51,036 bases of DNA, taken from contig JAHQXB010000035.1 of NCBI GenBank assembly GCA_029856435.1, positions 1 through 51,036 of the forward strand, in the 5' to 3' direction. Under the pieces are notes generated by a model. That model was not told where the DNA came from and did not search any database. It was given only the letters and a program-made list of their open reading frames with translations. The translations under genes and the position numbers were made by a program. Below, piece by piece: positions 47,283 to 51,036 of this stretch (its first letter is position 1; every line of letters begins with the position of its first letter). The DNA is from Candidatus Jordarchaeia archaeon. GTDB taxonomy: Archaea; Asgardarchaeota; Jordiarchaeia; Jordiarchaeales; Jordiarchaeaceae.

Positions 47283-48236
47283 CTAATTAACTTTTTGTAT
47301 ATCCCTTTTAAAGAATTCGATGACTTTATCAGCGATTATTTTACTATTCGCTATTAAAGCTTCTTGGGTTGAAGAGCCTATGTGTGGTGTACATAGCACG
47401 TTTGATAGCTTTGCAAACGGAAGACTGGTGGGGGGTTCTTGCTCATAACAGTCAAGTGCTGCTCCCGCTACCTTTCCACTTTTCAAAGCTTCAAATAGTG
47501 CCTTTTCATCTATTATTCCGCCGCGTGCTACATTTAGAATAAATACTCCATCTTTCATTAGCGATATGGTTTTATCATTAATCATATGCGCTGTTTCAGG
47601 TTGGTAAGGCACGTGTAGTGTTATAATGTCAGACTCTCTCAACAATTTCTCTAACGCTTCCCTTGAGGTTCCAACGAAGCATACTCCCATTTTCTCGGCA
47701 TCTTTTCTCCTTTCTTCTAAAACATCGTAAGCTAAGACTCTCATCTGGAAGGCGATGGCTCGTCGTGCAACTTCTTGTCCTATTCTTCCAAAACCGATTA
47801 TGCCCAGCGTTTTTTCCTTAAGCTCACGGCCCTCTAGCTCTTTTTTAAGCCATTTCCCTTCCTTCATTGCTCTATCTGCTGTATGAATATTCCTCATTAG
47901 AGAAATCATGGCCCCTATCGTCAATTCTGCTACAGAAACACTAGACGCTTCTGGTGAATTAATCACCCGAATTCCTTTTTCCTCAGCCGCTTTCAAGTCT
48001 ATGTTGTCCAAACCTACACCACTCCGGCCAATAAGAACCAACTTTTTCCCTGCTTCAATAATTTCGCGGGTGACCTTGGTTCTACTTCGAACAATTAGAG
48101 CATCAAATTCAGATATCTGTGCCTTAAGCTCCTCGGGAGAAATTTTATCATTCACAACTACTTCAAGACCCGCATTCCTCATTCTGCTAATTGCCTCTGA
48201 ATGCATTGTGTCTGCCACCAAGACTCGTCTCTTCAT
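47283..48236 (-). CDS. D-2-hydroxyacid dehydrogenase (short SerA/phosphoglycerate dehydrogenase-like, no ACT domain)
   Basis: RSGVGLDNID, GIIGFGRIG, LHVP, NVARGG, LDCYEQEP, TPHIGSST. ATG 48236 preferred. Confidence 0.88.
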   Translation of the reverse strand: MKRRVLVADTMHSEAISRMRNAGLEVVVNDKISPEELKAQISEFDALIVRSRTKVTREIIEAGKKLVLIGRSGVGLDNIDLKAAEEKGIRVINSPEASSVSVAELTIGAMISLMRNIHTADRAMKEGKWLKKELEGRELKEKTLGIIGFGRIGQEVARRAIAFQMRVLAYDVLEERRKDAEKMGVCFVGTSREALEKLLRESDIITLHVPYQPETAHMINDKTISLMKDGVFILNVARGGIIDEKALFEALKSGKVAGAALDCYEQEPPTSLPFAKLSNVLCTPHIGSSTQEALIANSKIIADKVIEFFKRDIQKVN

Positions 48237-48377
48237 AAGAATTTCCTCGATTAAGACCTTACACACCTTAAAATTAGAAATAAAGGCATAAATTTAAAAT
48301 TTATTACGCTTAAACCCTTCTAGTTTTTCGATTCTGAATCAAATTTGAGTCCTATGCTAAAAACCTTCACTAAGGAT

Positions 48378-49844
48378 TTAAAAGATAATTTGCGTTGGAT
48401 TATAGGATGCAATTTTTTCTTTCCCTTCATAATATTTAATAGTGTTGTGGAGTGCCTTCGCAGCGCTGGCGATGCTTAGAAAAACTGGAAAACCTGCCTT
48501 TATAAAAATCTCCTTCACCTCTTTGTACTTTTCTTCGTAAGAGGTCCTTGGTATGACAATCAAAACAGGTTTATTACTTTTATCACGAACTCTTTTACAG
48601 CCTTCCACCATACCGCCATAAATAATGTTGCTTATAGGTATGTCAACTAGTTTTTCTACTAGACTAGTGTAATGGATTTGTACTTCGAAAATAACTGATC
48701 CAATATTTCTATCCTCACCTAATATTCCTAGAACATTCTCCAATACTCCTGGGTAATTGTAACTTCCGGCCAAATCTAGGGGATTTTTCACACTTGTTCC
48801 CATTTCTTGAATGTATCCCTTCAATTTCTCTTTAGTTTCTCTAGATAGTTCTGGAACTTCAAGTCCCTCCTCTACGCAGAAATCAGTGTTAGAAACACTT
48901 GAACCTCCCGAAATTGATACCAGAGCCAATTTTCTGTTAGTTGTCGGAGGACAAGAAACAAATGCCGAAATGGTATCTAAAAGTTCATCGAATCCCCTAA
49001 CGGACACTACACCCGTTTGTTTGAAAATAGCCTCCCAAATCTTGTTGGAACCAGCGAGGGAGCCTGTGTGGGAGGCCACGGCCCTGGCGCCTGCTTCAGT
49101 TCTTCCGCCCTTCCAAACCACTACTGGTTTAATTTTCGCAGCTTTTTTAAGAGCAGAAATAAGTCTTTCCCCATTTTTTATTCCCTCAATGTACATTCCT
49201 ATAACCTTGGTTTTTTCATCCTCAGCGAGGTACTCTAAAAAGTCGGGGCTATCTAGGTCGCAGGCATTGCCGTAACTAAAAACTTTACTGTATCTAAGTC
49301 CGAGAGTCTTTCCCACTATGGAAAAATTGATTGCATGTCCTCCAGATTGCGAGATAAAGCCAACCGGTCCGGGCTCCATGCAAGTGTCTGGGCGGAAGGA
49401 GATTTTGCTCTCTGGGCAGTAAATCCCCATACAGTTGGGGCCAATTATTCTTGTCCTCGTTCCCCTTATGGTTTGCACCAGTTTCTTCTCAAGCTCAGCC
49501 CCTTCCTCACTATTCTCACTAAACCCCGAAGAAAAAATAACAATACACTTAGCCTTTTTCAAAACGCTTTCCTTCACAACTTCGGGAACCACCTTAGCCG
49601 GAACCCGAATAATCACTAAATCTATCTCTTCTGGAACTTCTAAGAGACTCTTATAAAACTTCAACCCCAAAGCGCTTTCTACACTTGGATTAATAGGGTA
49701 AATGGGGCCTTCAAACCCGCTTTCCACAATACTTTTCAACCAATAAAGTCTACCTTTTGGTGAATCACCAACTACGGCAATAGAGCGAGGGTGCACGATT
49801 TCATCGATTTCATTGAATAGTTCGCTGTGGCTCTCCATCTGCAT
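48378..49844 (-). CDS. Acetate/acyl-CoA ligase (ADP-forming) alpha subunit
   Basis: RIIGPNCMG, FISQSGG, YGNACD, intact KGG...VASHTGSLAG phospho-His loop, NPLD. ATG 49844 follows a GGAGG RBS. Confidence 0.88.
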   Translation of the reverse strand: MQMESHSELFNEIDEIVHPRSIAVVGDSPKGRLYWLKSIVESGFEGPIYPINPSVESALGLKFYKSLLEVPEEIDLVIIRVPAKVVPEVVKESVLKKAKCIVIFSSGFSENSEEGAELEKKLVQTIRGTRTRIIGPNCMGIYCPESKISFRPDTCMEPGPVGFISQSGGHAINFSIVGKTLGLRYSKVFSYGNACDLDSPDFLEYLAEDEKTKVIGMYIEGIKNGERLISALKKAAKIKPVVVWKGGRTEAGARAVASHTGSLAGSNKIWEAIFKQTGVVSVRGFDELLDTISAFVSCPPTTNRKLALVSISGGSSVSNTDFCVEEGLEVPELSRETKEKLKGYIQEMGTSVKNPLDLAGSYNYPGVLENVLGILGEDRNIGSVIFEVQIHYTSLVEKLVDIPISNIIYGGMVEGCKRVRDKSNKPVLIVIPRTSYEEKYKEVKEIFIKAGFPVFLSIASAAKALHNTIKYYEGKEKIASYNPTQIIF

Positions 49845-50226
49845 TGAAAGCACCTCCAAAAGTGTTGGCCGCTTACGAATAGCACGTTACGAGTATAATT
49901 TATATTTTTAACTGGACCTTTAGAAAACCTCCTAATGGAATCATAAATCAGAAAATTCCTACACAAAAAATTAAGCCATAGTTAGCTAAATCCTGGGGGA
50001 ATCAGTAAGCACTATTAATCTCTTTACAAAACGAGTTCAGATACACACCCTACCCATGCCAAAAGATTATCCGTTAGGGTTCATTGTTGCCCGAACTTGT
50101 TAAAAAATAATTGGCATTAGGGGGGATGTTTTGCCTTTTTTTGTGTTCCCGTGCTTATTTGGGGTGTATGTTTCTCTCTCTACTCTACATGTTCCAGTCT
50201 TCTTGTGGTGGGGGCTGTGAGGCGGA

Positions 50227-51036
50227 CTAAATGGGGTGGACTAAGCCTGTTTTTCCACAGATTGTCTGCTCCATGAACTGGGGTAGAGCCACTTCCTCAG
50301 GAGGCGGTTTTCCGAGGAGAACGAAGAAGCGCCTCATCCCAAGGAGGAACAATACACGCCTGATTTTGCGATGAATAGCCCCCAGCTTGAGAACCTTGTC
50401 ATAATTCTCCTGCTCCCCATAGTAGCTTGTTTTGCCCGCTCTGGCCTCCATGTTGGCGAAGTTTCATTCCACCAGCTTTCTCCAGCAGTACAGGTTTTGG
50501 TCAAACACCTCCCTTGCAGCGTCTAAACACCGCTCCCCCGTAGTCTTCTCCCCCCCACTTTTTAGGCCTTATGTGGTAGTGGTGCCCCCTCCCCTCACAA
50601 GCCTCAATGTTACTTTTAGTATAGTAGGCGCGGTCGAGGGATACCGTGCTTCCCTGAGGGATTCCCCCCAGCAGTTTTGTGGCATCGTTCTGCTTTGAAA
50701 GGGCATCCACCCCTATGGTTGGTTTCAGTGTTTGCAGCTATCTGGTAGGGTTGGGGCTTGTGGGTGAGGGTGCTACGCCCGGGCGACTATGGTCTCCTCA
50801 GTGTGGGCTTTTGTTTTTGCGCTTCCGTCCACGGCAAAGACATTTGGTTTCTCCCCCGTTATCTCTTCATATATTCTTGCCCCCACCCTGTAGATGAGGT
50901 GGGTGTTTCGTCGAGGGTTTCCCGCCCACCTTCTTGATGTGATAGTGATACGTGCCACGAGCAGGGTTTTTCTGCTCCCCTCTTTCCCTTTGGCGGTCAT
51001 GTCTAGGTTTAGGTCATTCACGGTTTTGGCGATTTC
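50227..51036 (-). pseudogene. Degraded DDE transposase (IS4/IS5 superfamily), truncated by the window edge
   Basis: FAVDGS (D1), SLDRAYY (D2) and YCWRKLVE (Y-2-R-3-E, 50490-50467) lie in different frames, with internal stops. Confidence 0.7.

Overview
Archaeal chromosomal window, most likely from an Asgard archaeon. This lineage is inferred from archaeal rpl15e/Rpp30/Pop5, archaeal LeuRS and a methanogen-type SerRS found alongside eukaryotic-signature genes (Rab-like GTPase, two-domain gelsolin, PCI-like winged helix). About 45 CDS are present. Housekeeping: SPOUT MTase, rpl23, ogg, serS, leuS and the rpl15e-RNase P cluster. Redox/cofactor: CooC, CobO, MeaB, TrxB plus a cysteine-less TrxB paralogue, Trx and NikR. 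Catabolism: glpK-glpABC, an acyl-CoA dehydrogenase and two ACD-alpha-like genes. Mobile and decaying DNA: two MITE families (2 + 3 copies), a frameshifted DDE transposase at the right edge, a possible tnpB remnant at the left edge, and two adjacent pseudogenes. I found no tRNA, rRNA or CRISPR array. The strongest leads are a Rab-like GTPase fused in frame to an intact M20 amidohydrolase, a MSMEG_0568-type radical SAM gene coupled to an ACD-alpha homologue lacking the phospho-His loop, a ~1000-aa HerA/VirB4-like protein with dead Walker motifs, a PCI-like protein with PEVK-like repeats divergent from gelsolin, an unexplained structured RNA-like element at ~4.0-4.25 kb, and kb-scale AC/GT skew blocks that flip independently of gene orientation. 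All family calls come from manual motif recognition; no database search was run.
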